A stretch of DNA of 64,000 nt from Bacteroidia bacterium (GTDB taxonomy: Bacteria > Bacteroidota > Bacteroidia > AKYH767-A > OLB10). How positions within the stretch are numbered: the stretch's first letter is position 1; each line of letters begins with the position of its first letter. The position numbers and the translations under genes were made by a program. The stretch covers positions 11,339-75,338 of the forward strand of contig JAGOJO010000004.1 in the NCBI GenBank assembly GCA_017995075.1, written 5' to 3'. Positions 1 through 10,044 of the stretch are shown piece by piece. The notes below the pieces were generated by a model. It was given only the letters and a program-made list of their open reading frames with translations, was not told where the DNA came from and did not search any database.

Positions 1-1529
1 CGGGTGATCTGATGAAGACTGGTATCGACGGAATGTTGAAGACGTTGGATCCGTATACTAATTTTTATCCGGAGTCGGAGATTGAAGATTACCGCATGAA
101 GCATGTGAGTACAGAGTATGGCGGTATTGGTGCATCATCGTTTCGTACGGGTGATAGTATCGTGATTTATAATATTTACGAAGGTTATCCGGCGCAGCAG
201 GCGGATATGCGTGCGGGAGATTTGCTGCTATCAGTGAATGGCAGGTCGATTAAGGGGCTGGCACCTGATGAGATTGATGATCTGATTAAAGGACAGGCGG
301 GCACTACCGTGAAACTTGGACTTCAACGTTTCGGTGAGGCGTCGCCGTTAGAGAAGATGATCACTCGCGGTGAGATCAAGGTAAAAAATGTGCCTTTCCA
401 TGCGATGCTGAATGATAGTGTGGGTTATATTAAACTGGATAAGTTTTTGCAGAATTGTTACAATGAAGTAAAGGAGGCGTTGGTCGACTTGCAAAAAAAT
501 CCGAAGTTCAATTCACTGGTTTTCGATTTGCGTGGAAATGGTGGTGGATTGCTGGAGGAGTCGGTGCAGATTTTAAACCTGTTTGTGAAGAAGGGTGAGT
601 TGCTGGTGACACAGAAAGGAAAGACGGAAGGGGCAAACGCAGTTTACTATGCCAAAAATGATCCGATTGCTCCGGATATCAGAGTGGCGGTTCTTGTAGA
701 TAAAAACTCGGCTTCTGCTTCTGAAATCACCGCCGGAAATTTTCAGGATCTCGATAGAGGCGTGGTGATTGGTCAGCGTAGTTATGGAAAAGGATTGGTG
801 CAACAGACACGTCCGTTAACTTTCAATTCGCAGATGAAACTGACCGTGGCCAAGTATTTTACAGCCAGTGGTCGTTGTGTGCAAACGAAAATCTACCATC
901 ATACCAATGATGATGGAGAAGCAGTTTCAGAGGTGCCTGATTCATTGATGAAGCCGTTCAAGACGAAGAATGGCCGTACCGTTTTTGATGGATCTGCGGT
1001 ATACCCTGACCGTTATGTTGACCTTGGGGATACAAGCAATATCGCAAAAAGTCTTTCGCGTAATCTGATTATTTTTGATTATGCTACACGTTACCGTCAG
1101 GCACATGCTTCAATCGATTCTGTGCCTCAGTTCCGGTACAGCGATGCGGAGTATACTGATTTTATAAACTATGTTTCGGGTCGTTCGTATAATTATTCAA
1201 CTAATTCAGAGCGTGCCTTTGCTTCCTTGAAAGAAACTGCACAGCGTGAAAAGTATTATTCGGGTATCAGCAAGGAACTGGAAGCACTCGGCAAAGAGCT
1301 AACACATGATAAACGGGCTGATCTCGATTTGTTTAAATCGGAAATAAAAACTCTGATCGAAAAGGAACTCGTAGTGCGTTATTATTTTGAGACCGGTAAA
1401 TACAAATACATGTTTGCCAATGATCCGATCATGAAAGAAGCGCTGGCCGTTCTCGGAAATGTATCGCTTTACAATTCTATCTTGAAGGGCGAAGGAAACT
1501 ATAAGGTGATTGGAAAGCCGAAAGGTTAA
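1..1529 (+). CDS. S41 family C-terminal processing (tail-specific) peptidase, 5'-truncated by the window edge
   Basis: The reading frame is open to the window start. A PDZ-like segment (AGDLLLSVNGRSIKG) is followed by an S41 core (FDLRGNGGGLL, SASASEI, RSYGKGLVQ). Confidence 0.85.
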   Translation, partial: GDLMKTGIDGMLKTLDPYTNFYPESEIEDYRMKHVSTEYGGIGASSFRTGDSIVIYNIYEGYPAQQADMRAGDLLLSVNGRSIKGLAPDEIDDLIKGQAGTTVKLGLQRFGEASPLEKMITRGEIKVKNVPFHAMLNDSVGYIKLDKFLQNCYNEVKEALVDLQKNPKFNSLVFDLRGNGGGLLEESVQILNLFVKKGELLVTQKGKTEGANAVYYAKNDPIAPDIRVAVLVDKNSASASEITAGNFQDLDRGVVIGQRSYGKGLVQQTRPLTFNSQMKLTVAKYFTASGRCVQTKIYHHTNDDGEAVSEVPDSLMKPFKTKNGRTVFDGSAVYPDRYVDLGDTSNIAKSLSRNLIIFDYATRYRQAHASIDSVPQFRYSDAEYTDFINYVSGRSYNYSTNSERAFASLKETAQREKYYSGISKELEALGKELTHDKRADLDLFKSEIKTLIEKELVVRYYFETGKYKYMFANDPIMKEALAVLGNVSLYNSILKGEGNYKVIGKPKG

Positions 1530-1566
1530 GAGTACATACGGGATCCTTCAGAAATATCTATTCGGG

Positions 1567-2160
1567 ATGAAAAAGCGTTTGCTGTATTTTCTGCTTGTAG
1601 GTGTTGGGTGTTTTGTTGTGTATAAGGGACTCCTTCGGATAAATTTCAATCAGTCGTACGAAGTTGGACAAGCACTCGATAGCCTGAATGGTGTTGTAGT
1701 TTATTATAATGGTGCTGTTGATCATACTGAGGGGCGTAATACTTCACCTGACAATTATAATATCGGTATCCGCTATCAATGTGTTGAGTTTGTGAAGAGG
1801 TATTATTACGAGCACTTGCATCACAAGATGCCCGATTCATATGGTCATGCGAAGGATTTTTTCAATGAGGAAATTCCAGACGGCCAGCTGAACAAACAAA
1901 GAAATCTGATTCAATATCGGAATGGAGGTGTAACCCAACCTTTTGTTGATGATTTAGTAGTATTTGCACCAACCGTTTTTAACAGCTATGGCCATGTTGC
2001 GATTGTAAGTGGAGTAACTGAAAACGAAGTAGAAATTATTCAACAGAATCCCGGACCCTTTGGAAAATCAAGAGAGAAATTTGCGCTTGTCAAAACCGCG
2101 AACGGATGGAAAATAGCCAATGAGAGAATTCTTGGATGGCTGCGTCTTGCTGAAAGATAA
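1567..2160 (+). CDS. CHAP domain-containing protein (putative peptidoglycan amidase/peptidase) with an N-terminal TM anchor
   Basis: The CHAP-like Cys and His motifs are present (YQCVEFVKRYY ... YGHVAIVSGV). I prefer the ATG at 1567 (MKKRLLYFLL, hydrophobic anchor) over the TTG at 1510. Confidence 0.7.
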   Translation: MKKRLLYFLLVGVGCFVVYKGLLRINFNQSYEVGQALDSLNGVVVYYNGAVDHTEGRNTSPDNYNIGIRYQCVEFVKRYYYEHLHHKMPDSYGHAKDFFNEEIPDGQLNKQRNLIQYRNGGVTQPFVDDLVVFAPTVFNSYGHVAIVSGVTENEVEIIQQNPGPFGKSREKFALVKTANGWKIANERILGWLRLAER

Positions 2161-2183
2161 TCTGCATTGTATTTAAAGGGTAT

Positions 2184-2220
2184 AAAAAAAGAGCCGGTGT
2201 TTATTTCCGGCTCCTTGTTA
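2184..2220 (-). terminator. Rho-independent terminator of pheS
   Basis: Stem GAGCCGG (2191-2197) pairs with CCGGCTC (2207-2213) across a 9-nt loop. On the minus strand the stem is followed by T7 (the A-run at 2184-2190). Confidence 0.75.
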
Positions 2221-2236
2221 TCATTTAATTTTTAGT

Positions 2237-3286
2237 TTATCGAACTCCCTTAAACTGGTCCAGGAAACGGACATCATTCTCGGAGAATAACCGAAGGTCG
2301 CGGATGGTATACTTGAGCATGGTGATGCGTTCGATACCCATTCCGAATGCGAATCCGGAATATTTATTGGTGTCGATTTTACCATTCTCGAGAACTGCCG
2401 GATCAATCATTCCACAGCCGAGAATCTCTACCCAGCCGGTATGTTTACACACATTGCATCCTGATCCTTTGCAAATTGTGCAACTGATATCCATCTCTGC
2501 ACTTGGTTCTGTAAAGGGAAAGTAGGAGGGGCGCAGGCGTATTTTTGTGTCAGCTCCGAACATCTCCTGTGCGAAGTACAACAGTGTTTGTTTGAGGTCA
2601 GCAAATGAAACGCCTTCGTCAATGTAGAATCCTTCTACCTGGTGGAAGAAGCAATGGGCGCGGGCAGAGATGGCTTCGTTGCGGTACACACGTCCCGGAC
2701 AAATCGTGCGAATTGGTGGTTGCTGTTTCTCCATCACCCGAACCTGAATTGAGGAGGTATGGGTGCGCAATGCCAATGATCCGTTGTAATAATCCTGATT
2801 GGCATCGAGGTCGATGAAGAAGGTGTCCTGCATATCGCGCGCCGGGTGTTCGGGCGGGAAGTTCAATGCAGAGAAATTATGCCAGTCATCTTCGATTTCA
2901 GGTCCGTCACTAACGTTGAAGCCTATCCGTGAAAAGATATTGATAATCTGTCGACGGACGATACTCAACGGATGGTGCGATCCGATCTCTTGTGGATCCG
3001 CAGGTAAACTCAGGTCCAATGCAGGTCCCGATTGTGCTTCTCCCGCTTCAAACTGCTCACGGAAAACAGCAATCTTCTCTTCCGCTGCAACCTTGAGTTC
3101 ATTTACCATCTGCCCGTAGGATTTACGGTCTTCAGCAGCTACCTCTTTCATCTTCGCGAAGAGATCAGTAAGCACCCCTTTCTTTCCTAAAAAGCGCAGA
3201 CGATAGGTCTCCAGCTCTTCTTTGTTGGCAGGGGTGAACGCTTTTGCTTCGGCAATTAAACTATTGATCTGATCGCTGACCGACAT
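2237..3286 (-). CDS. pheS: phenylalanine--tRNA ligase alpha subunit
   Basis: The 349-aa ORF carries class II aaRS motifs (FPPEHPARDMQDTFF, GPGRVYR, GFAFGMGIERI). Confidence 0.95.
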   Translation of the reverse strand: MSVSDQINSLIAEAKAFTPANKEELETYRLRFLGKKGVLTDLFAKMKEVAAEDRKSYGQMVNELKVAAEEKIAVFREQFEAGEAQSGPALDLSLPADPQEIGSHHPLSIVRRQIINIFSRIGFNVSDGPEIEDDWHNFSALNFPPEHPARDMQDTFFIDLDANQDYYNGSLALRTHTSSIQVRVMEKQQPPIRTICPGRVYRNEAISARAHCFFHQVEGFYIDEGVSFADLKQTLLYFAQEMFGADTKIRLRPSYFPFTEPSAEMDISCTICKGSGCNVCKHTGWVEILGCGMIDPAVLENGKIDTNKYSGFAFGMGIERITMLKYTIRDLRLFSENDVRFLDQFKGVR

Positions 3287-3319
3287 AATGGAACTATCTG
3301 TTTATTCTTTTTTCTGTTC

Positions 3320-4003
3320 TTAATACACGTAAACCAGTTTCACTGTCATGCGCACATCCTGTTTCGGACGATCGCCGGGCATTGTTTCAACTGCAGCAAT
3401 TTTGTCGATGACTTCCATGCCTTCAACGATTTCTCCGAATACAGTATAGTTTTTATCCAGCCAGGGAGTTCCGCCAACTGTTGTGTATTCTTGTTTCTGT
3501 GCATCCGACATCTTGAATCCCATGCGCTGTTCTGCCATGCCGATTTCCTGTTCCGTCAGTTTTTTACCTTGAACGATGTAGAACTGGCAACCGCTGGAAG
3601 CTTTCTGAGGATTTCCGTCACGGGCAGCCGCCAATACTCCTTTTTTATGGTAGAGAGTATCGATCAATTCAGCGGGAACTTTATAACCTACATCTCCGGA
3701 TCCCAGCATTTGTCCGGGTGCTGCATTTTTCGACTGAGGGTCACCTCCCTGAATCATGAAGTCCTTGATTACACGGTGGAAAAGCAGGCTATCGTAGAAT
3801 CCTTCGCCAGCCAGTTTCAGGAAGTTAGCGCGGTGTAAAGGAGTCTCGGTATAGAGTTTAAATTTCATTGTTCCGAAATCGGTACTGATCTCCACAAGGG
3901 TGTCTTTTGGGGTGTTTTCCATGTTTTTCTTCTTCTTTTGAGCGTAGGAACCCTGACCCATCAGGGCAATCAGGGCGAGGCAAAGTAGGATGCCTTTTTT
4001 CAT
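3320..4003 (-). CDS. secreted cyclophilin-type peptidyl-prolyl cis-trans isomerase
   Basis: It has a signal peptide and the cyclophilin signature FHRVIKDFMIQGGDP ... YTVFGEIVEGMEVIDKI. Confidence 0.9.
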   Translation of the reverse strand: MKKGILLCLALIALMGQGSYAQKKKKNMENTPKDTLVEISTDFGTMKFKLYTETPLHRANFLKLAGEGFYDSLLFHRVIKDFMIQGGDPQSKNAAPGQMLGSGDVGYKVPAELIDTLYHKKGVLAAARDGNPQKASSGCQFYIVQGKKLTEQEIGMAEQRMGFKMSDAQKQEYTTVGGTPWLDKNYTVFGEIVEGMEVIDKIAAVETMPGDRPKQDVRMTVKLVYVY

Positions 4004-4128
4004 GTTGTTCTTATTTAATTACTTTTGGGCTGTAACATTCCCGGAAGATTATTCCGGAATTTGTTGCAAGTTTAGCTAAATTTGAACAATCATTGACCAT
4101 TCATCGTATAAAGGGTATCTTGAAAAAC

Positions 4129-4479
4129 ATGAACCGCTATCTTCTCCTCCTGACTCTGGCGTTTGTCGGACTCCTTACTGTTTCTTCCTGCAAGAAAACT
4201 GAACCATGCGAAGCCATTATTACTGTGGTAGATACACTTGGTAGACCTGTTGCTGCGGCCAAAGTGGTGCTGCGTCAGGATAGCGTGGTGAACCCTGAAA
4301 CCGGTGTTCGTGCCGATATCTTCGACGAAGAATTTACAACCAGCGATGGCGAGGCGATCTTCAAGTTTTCATGGGAAGCTGTTTTGAACGTGGAAGTTAC
4401 TTACCTGACTACTACTGCAAAGGATTATATCCGCCTGGAACAAAGCGAAACTGTCCGTAAAACGGTGGTTTTGAAATAG
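4129..4479 (+). CDS. small lipoprotein with a carboxypeptidase-regulatory-like fold (hypothetical)
   Basis: The lipobox is LTVSSC. The pattern VVDTLGRPVAAAKVVL resembles a CarboxypepD_reg domain. I prefer the ATG at 4129. Confidence 0.5.
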   Translation: MNRYLLLLTLAFVGLLTVSSCKKTEPCEAIITVVDTLGRPVAAAKVVLRQDSVVNPETGVRADIFDEEFTTSDGEAIFKFSWEAVLNVEVTYLTTTAKDYIRLEQSETVRKTVVLK

Positions 4480-4499
4480 TAATCCAATAAAAAACATTG

Positions 4500-4552
4500 G
4501 CCCCTGACTGACTTGGGATTCGTTTCCCGGCCGTGTCAGGGGCTTTTTTTTT
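4500..4552 (+). terminator. Rho-independent terminator
   Basis: A 9-bp stem GCCCCTGAC (4500-4508) pairs with GTCAGGGGC (4535-4543) and is followed by T9 (4544-4552). Confidence 0.75.
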
Positions 4553-4656
4553 CACCAATTCTAAGGTCAACCTGTTCATTTTAACCGGTTTTTACGCTCT
4601 AAACCGCTTCCCGAAGGTCGTTTTCTTGACTACTTTTGCCATAAATATTGCTCATT

Positions 4657-5865
4657 ATGACCTTCAAAACAGTTGATAATTACAATTTCGCCGGCAAACG
4701 TGCCCTAATTCGTGTTGATTTTAACGTCCCACTGAACAGTGATTTTCAGGTGACTGATCCAACTCGTATCAAAGCCGCAATACCTACAATCCAAAAAATC
4801 CTGAAAGATGGTGGTAGTGTCATTCTGATGTCGCATCTCGGACGACCAAAAGAAGGTCCGGCGGAGAAGTTTTCGCTGAAGCATACTATCAGTACACTCA
4901 GCGGTCTCCTCGATTGTCCGGTGAAATTTGCAGATGATTGCATTGGCGAATCTGCTACAGAACTATCTGCCGGACTTCAACCCGGAGATGTGCTATTATT
5001 AGAAAATCTTCGCTTCTATAAACAAGAAGAGAAGGGTGACATAGATTTTGCAAAGAAGTTAGCGACATATGGCGATGTTTATGTGAATGATGCTTTCGGA
5101 ACAGCACATCGCGCGCATGCCAGCACAGCGGTAATAGCACAATTCTTTAAAAACAATTGTATGTTCGGTTATGTAATGGCTGGCGAATTAGAGAACGCTG
5201 AAAAGGTATTATCCAAAGCAGAGAAACCATTTACAGCCATCATGGGTGGAGCAAAGGTGAGTGATAAAATTCTCATCATTGAACGACTCATGGAAAAAGT
5301 AGATCATCTCATCATCGGAGGAGGAATGGCGTATACATTTATCAAAGCACTCGGTGGTGAAATCGGTAATTCTCTCTGCGAAGCCGATAAACTCGATCTC
5401 GCACTCGATATTTTGAATAAAGCAGAATCACGTGGAGTAAAGATTCATCTTCCGGTCGATTCGGTGAATGGCGATAAGTTCGATAAAGATGCAGCGACTA
5501 ACGTTACGGATATCCGAACTATTGAACCAGGCTGGCTCGGACTTGATATCGGCCCGAAATCAGCTGCTGCATTCGCGGAAGTAATCAAAGGCAGCAGGAC
5601 AATTCTATGGAATGGTCCAATGGGTGTATTTGAGATGCCAAAATTTGAATCGGGAACCAAAACGGTAGCCGAAGCAATAGTAGCTGCCACTGCAAACGGA
5701 GCATTTTCATTGATAGGTGGTGGTGATTCAGCTGCTGCGGTTAATCAGTTTCACATGGCTGATAAGGTTTCCTACGTTAGTACCGGTGGAGGTGCCCTGC
5801 TCGAATACATCGAAGGAAAAGAATTGCCAGGCGTAAAGATGGTAATCGAAGCTAACGCCGACTGA
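4657..5865 (+). CDS. pgk: phosphoglycerate kinase
   Basis: Pgk motifs are present ([30 protein letters not shown]). I prefer the ATG at 4657 over the TTG at 4648. Confidence 0.95.
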   Translation: MTFKTVDNYNFAGKRALIRVDFNVPLNSDFQVTDPTRIKAAIPTIQKILKDGGSVILMSHLGRPKEGPAEKFSLKHTISTLSGLLDCPVKFADDCIGESATELSAGLQPGDVLLLENLRFYKQEEKGDIDFAKKLATYGDVYVNDAFGTAHRAHASTAVIAQFFKNNCMFGYVMAGELENAEKVLSKAEKPFTAIMGGAKVSDKILIIERLMEKVDHLIIGGGMAYTFIKALGGEIGNSLCEADKLDLALDILNKAESRGVKIHLPVDSVNGDKFDKDAATNVTDIRTIEPGWLGLDIGPKSAAAFAEVIKGSRTILWNGPMGVFEMPKFESGTKTVAEAIVAATANGAFSLIGGGDSAAAVNQFHMADKVSYVSTGGGALLEYIEGKELPGVKMVIEANAD

Positions 5866-6103
5866 AATCTCTCCCGCTATATCCGGTTTGTTTTATAGCT
5901 GCAGTTTATTCAATGTGAGTGAAATCATTCTCACAGAATTGACCACAGTCATGTATCAGTCTCTATCTCGCTAAAGCATCCTGACAATGAGTCCAGGTGT
6001 GTCCAGATAATTAACCCAAACCGTTCATTGCTAACGAAAACTATCATTCAGCAATTGCTCCGTAGCCATTGACTGCTTTCTGAATTGTTAATTCAACTTC
6101 AAA

Positions 6104-6441
6104 CCCGTAGGGGCGACATATAAGTAAACGAAAAACATTACGCCACAAAGCAACAAACAAACGGATCTCAATACAGTAAAAGCCCCATCGGGGCGACATA
6201 TAAGTAAACGAAAAACATTACGCCACAAAGCAACCAACAAACGGATCTCAATACAGTAAAAGCCCCGTAGGGGCGACATATAAGTAAACGAAAAACATTA
6301 CGCCACAAAGCAACCAACAAACGGATCTCAATACAGTAAAAGCCCCGTAGGGGCGACATATAAGTAAACGAAAAACATTACGCCACAAAGCAACAAACAA
6401 ACGGATCTCAATACAGTAAAAGCCCCGTCGGGGCGACATAT
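6104..6441. repeat. 80-bp tandem repeat array (4 full units plus a 12-nt start of a fifth)
   Basis: GGGGCGACATA recurs at 6110, 6190, 6270, 6350 and 6430. The units are near-identical, and each junction forms a GCCCC-NNN-GGGGC hairpin. Confidence 0.92.
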
Positions 6442-6474
6442 TAATAACAAAAAAGAACACCCCATCACCCATCA

Positions 6475-6495
6475 CCGCGCTCCGCATGAGCGCGG
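6475..6495. other. GC-rich stem-loop in the cvpA leader
   Basis: CCGCGCTC (6475-6482) pairs with GAGCGCGG (6488-6495) across a 5-nt loop. It is preceded by CCCCATCACCCATCAC. Confidence 0.6.
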
Positions 6496-6534
6496 ACAAC
6501 ACGAAATACTAAACCACCCAAGAATAGAATATAA

Positions 6535-7044
6535 ATGAACTATCTTGATTTTATCATCGCCGTTCCGCTCCTATGGGGTGCATGGAAAGGCTTCCAACGA
6601 GGAATTATTTTCGAAATTGCCATGCTTATCGGAATCATTCTGGGACTCTACCTGGCGTTTAAGGTTAGTAGTTTATTCGAAGGACTCGTGAGTAAAATAG
6701 TAGATGCACAAGGAAGTACATTACACATGATTTCCTTCTTTGTTGTTTTTATCTGTGTTGTACTCATCATGATCCTGTTCGCAAAATTCCTGGAAGGTAT
6801 TCTCAAGATTGGTAACCTGAATACATTTAACAAAATTGCAGGTGCTTTCTTCGGCATGCTGAAGTTTGCGCTAGTGGTGAGTGTGGTATTGTCTGTCTTT
6901 CGCCCCGTTGATGCACAACTCGGATTACTTTCCGCCAAAACCAAAGCGGATTCTTACCTCTATCAACCTGTTGTTTCCGTTTCTCAGTACCTGTTCCCTG
7001 CACTGAAAGATGTACAGCAGGAATTTTCGAAGCATGTGAACTGA
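6535..7044 (+). CDS. cvpA: CvpA family membrane protein
   Basis: The 169-aa ORF has 4 predicted TM segments and a typical CvpA N-terminus (MNYLDFIIAVPLLWGAWKGFQRG). Confidence 0.8.
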   Translation: MNYLDFIIAVPLLWGAWKGFQRGIIFEIAMLIGIILGLYLAFKVSSLFEGLVSKIVDAQGSTLHMISFFVVFICVVLIMILFAKFLEGILKIGNLNTFNKIAGAFFGMLKFALVVSVVLSVFRPVDAQLGLLSAKTKADSYLYQPVVSVSQYLFPALKDVQQEFSKHVN

Positions 7045-7086
7045 TTCGAGTCGCAACTTCCATATCTTCACCAAACAGAATAATCC

Positions 7087-7440
7087 ATGCTCCACCTCCG
7101 AAATATTGAAGAATTAAAAGTTGAATGGCTCGCACTCGTTGATCGTCTCAATGAACAGTTTGATGCGGATCTTGATTTGCAGGGAATCATCTTCCTGATC
7201 GGCGTGCAGGAGTTGGGACATGGTCCTCGTGAATTTTCAAAAGACGAAAAGCAGGATCTGATGCATATCGCTACCTGTAAATTGTTGAGTCAGTTCGGAT
7301 ATTATTCGTTGAAAGGTTCTGATGAAGAAGGTTGGCCGCATTGGGAGATCGTGCAGAAGCTTCCTGTGATGTCACTGGGAGAACAGGATTATCTCTTGAA
7401 GCAGGCCGTGATTGATTACTTTGAAGAGTATGAAGAATAA
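7087..7440 (+). CDS. hypothetical cytoplasmic protein (117 aa)
   Basis: The ORF is clean, does not overlap its neighbours and has normal composition. I recognise no motif. Confidence 0.5.
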   Translation: MLHLRNIEELKVEWLALVDRLNEQFDADLDLQGIIFLIGVQELGHGPREFSKDEKQDLMHIATCKLLSQFGYYSLKGSDEEGWPHWEIVQKLPVMSLGEQDYLLKQAVIDYFEEYEE

Positions 7441-7457
7441 AAGAGCTCAGTTGTTTT

Positions 7458-8639
7458 TCAACATCCGTCATTCGGATTTTCAAAAGTGAACATTTGTTCC
7501 TTGTGTTGATCTTTGATTTTTCCGGATTTTAGATTTTCCAGCTGAAGTGGTTTGTTGCCGCTGAATCGTGTTATTCCCAGTCCGGTTCCCAGCCATATAT
7601 TACCGTCTTTGTCTTCCTGTATCGACTGAATGAAATTATCGGAAAGTCCATCTTCGCGGTTATAGATATAACTGTTTTTTCCGTCTGTGCACACAATTCC
7701 TCCTCCTGCAGTTGCAATCCATATTTGTCCAAATTTATCTTCGCAGATATTCCGTACAAATAATTGTGGGAGTCCCTGATTTTTATTCAGTGTATTGAAT
7801 GTGCCATTTGAATATTTACTTGCTCCACCGAATCTGGTGCCAATCCATATATTTCCTTTTGAATCGGATTTTATACATTGAATGAAATTATTGCAGAGTC
7901 CGTTTTCAGAGGTGTAATGTTGGAAGGCAGCTGCTGCGTTGTTTGTGGATGGATTGTAAACGAATATTCCTTTGCCATTGGTTCCGATCCACAACGATCC
8001 ATCAGCGGATAAATGTAATGAGGTGATCATATCCCGGGCTGGATAAGCGTCAGTCAGATCAACATCGCCTGTTGCAGGTAGTTTGATGGTGGTGAAGTCT
8101 TTTCCGTTATAATGGCAAAGGCCTGTTTCGGTACCGATCCATAAACCGCCTTTTTTATCTGGACAAAGTGACCATACCTGATTGGTTGGAAGCCCGTCTT
8201 TTACCGTTAAATTTTGATAGCTGTCAGGATGGCCAACCGGATTTTTTCCATCGTATTTGTAAATTCCTCCATTAGAGGCAATCCATATGATACCTTTTTC
8301 ATCTTCAATAATCTTACGTACAACATTTCCTTCAATGCCTGCTTTGTTTTCAAAGACGTACTGATAGTTTCCATTGAATATGCCGAAGCCTACTGAATGT
8401 GTGGCGAACCAAAAATTGCCCTTTTTATCGAGGAGGATATCCATGATAAATGAACTGGTCTTCAAAGAAGAGTCGGGTTCCTTACGCTGTAAAAAATCAC
8501 TTTTTACCAGATCTGTGCGGATGAGCGATGTGGGAAGAATAGATGCTTTGCCTGAGTCAGGTAATGCAGTTGTAAGCGGACTGCTGTTGCACGAGTTGAG
8601 TGCAAGGATGATCAGAAGTAAGGTGCCGATTTTATTCAT
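7458..8639 (-). CDS. secreted/lipoprotein seven-bladed beta-propeller (two-component regulator propeller, Reg_prop-type repeats)
   Basis: The signal peptide ends in a lipobox-like LNSC. Seven repeats fit the G-x-(I/L/F)W-(I/L/F)-(G/A)-(T/S) pattern (GNFWFAT, GIIWIAS, GGLWIGT, GSLWIGT, GNIWIGT, GQIWIAT, GNIWLGT). Confidence 0.75.
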   Translation of the reverse strand: MNKIGTLLLIILALNSCNSSPLTTALPDSGKASILPTSLIRTDLVKSDFLQRKEPDSSLKTSSFIMDILLDKKGNFWFATHSVGFGIFNGNYQYVFENKAGIEGNVVRKIIEDEKGIIWIASNGGIYKYDGKNPVGHPDSYQNLTVKDGLPTNQVWSLCPDKKGGLWIGTETGLCHYNGKDFTTIKLPATGDVDLTDAYPARDMITSLHLSADGSLWIGTNGKGIFVYNPSTNNAAAAFQHYTSENGLCNNFIQCIKSDSKGNIWIGTRFGGASKYSNGTFNTLNKNQGLPQLFVRNICEDKFGQIWIATAGGGIVCTDGKNSYIYNREDGLSDNFIQSIQEDKDGNIWLGTGLGITRFSGNKPLQLENLKSGKIKDQHKEQMFTFENPNDGC

Positions 8640-8808
8640 CGCTTTGAGGGAGTTGTGAATTACGAAACAGTAGTTGTTGGTAGTTCAGTGTATGATGCAA
8701 ATGTACGCCTCATTCTCATTTAAACTTGTTACCAGCCGGTTATTGGCTTGTTAATGACTTGTTATTCCTGAATTCCGGCCCTAAATTTTGGTATTTTTGA
8801 TGAATTAA

Positions 8809-10044
8809 ATGAAGAAAGGACGTTATTGGATATTTACGTTGATTTCTGCTCTTGCATTAGTCTGGGTATTGCTAATTCAGATTCAATGGATGCAGGATAT
8901 CCGTGGCATGAAGGAGCAGTTGTTTGCTGAAAAATCGGCGATTGTTCTGGCTCGTACTACGGAGACGATAGCAGCCGATAGTCTTCTTAGTCAGCAACTG
9001 GATTCAGGCGTGGGGCCCGAACAGCGTGCAAAAATTGATTCTGTTTTTCGCGACTATCTGAAGTATTATAACTTCCCTGTTGATTTTACATTCGATGTTG
9101 TTCAGCCGCCTTCCACTAGCGTAGAGCAGGCAGTAGGCATTCCTTCGTTGGATACTGTAGCCTGTTATACTGAAAGTATGGAGGAGCATAATGCCTCGCA
9201 CTCATGGACACTTACTTTCTCTGTTCCGGAGAGAGAAGGTTATTTGAAAGATGAGTTGAGGGTGCCGATGATACTTTCAGTTTTATTGGTGATGGTCGTT
9301 TTGATTTTATTTATCAGTACTGTGCGTTCGTTATTGCAGGAGAAGAAAATAGCAGATCAGACAGCTTCCCTTATGAACAACATGACCCATGAGTTTAAAA
9401 CGCCGATTACAAATATTTCGCTGGCGGGGAAAATGTTGCTGCGTGAGTCTGCGACGGCATCTCCGGAAAAAGTCGGGCAGTTTACCCGCGTTATCCTCGA
9501 GGAAAATGAGCGGTTGAACAAGCAGGTAGATCAGGTGTTGAGTATGTCCGCTATTGAAAATACAGTGCTTTCTCCGGAAAACGAACAAGTCGATTTGAAT
9601 TTATTGGTGCAGGATACATTGCGCCGGTTTTTACTTCAGCTGGAAAGTAAGGGTGGTAAAGTCGTGACGGAATTGAATGCTGGGACATCAGTAGTTTCCG
9701 GAGATGTGCTGATGTTAGGCAATGCGATTGGGAATTTAATTGATAACGCCCTCAAATACGCCAATGGCCAACCGGAAATCAGTATTAGTACCCTTAACGA
9801 AGAGGCAATGGTGGTACTTAAAATAAGTGATAATGGTATAGGTATCGATAAGGATTTTCACGATCAGGTTTTTGAGAATTATTTTCGGGTACCTACCGGT
9901 GATGTTCACAATGTGAAAGGGTTTGGTTTAGGACTTGCGTATGTAAAGAAAGTAGTTGAATTACATCATGGAATCATTCAACTGCAAAGCGAACCTGGAA
10001 AAGGAACAAGTTTTACCATTAAACTCCCGACAGGTGAAAAATAA
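8809..10044 (+). CDS. sensor histidine kinase (two TM segments, periplasmic loop, HisKA + HATPase_c)
   Basis: The H-box is MTHEFKTPITNI, the N box is IDNALKYA and the G boxes are DNGIGI / GFGLGLAYV. Confidence 0.9.
   Translation: MKKGRYWIFTLISALALVWVLLIQIQWMQDIRGMKEQLFAEKSAIVLARTTETIAADSLLSQQLDSGVGPEQRAKIDSVFRDYLKYYNFPVDFTFDVVQPPSTSVEQAVGIPSLDTVACYTESMEEHNASHSWTLTFSVPEREGYLKDELRVPMILSVLLVMVVLILFISTVRSLLQEKKIADQTASLMNNMTHEFKTPITNISLAGKMLLRESATASPEKVGQFTRVILEENERLNKQVDQVLSMSAIENTVLSPENEQVDLNLLVQDTLRRFLLQLESKGGKVVTELNAGTSVVSGDVLMLGNAIGNLIDNALKYANGQPEISISTLNEEAMVVLKISDNGIGIDKDFHDQVFENYFRVPTGDVHNVKGFGLGLAYVKKVVELHHGIIQLQSEPGKGTSFTIKLPTGEK

Noticed and set aside
6104-6441. Reading the 80-bp array as a CRISPR array.
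   Set aside because: The whole 80-bp period is repeated nearly identically, so there are no unique spacers. No cas genes or leader are in the window.
6088-6502. Three minus-strand ORFs (63-84 aa) with near-identical MSPLRGFYCIEIRL... translations.
   Set aside because: They lie entirely within the 80-bp tandem array. Because 80 is not divisible by 3, they are the same DNA read in shifting frames. They show no independent coding signal.
9956-10033. The ATG at 9956 as the response-regulator start.
   Set aside because: It would add about 26 residues translated across the 3' end of the kinase gene. An in-frame GTG at 10034 gives a canonical receiver N-terminus (MKNNYSILLAEDD).
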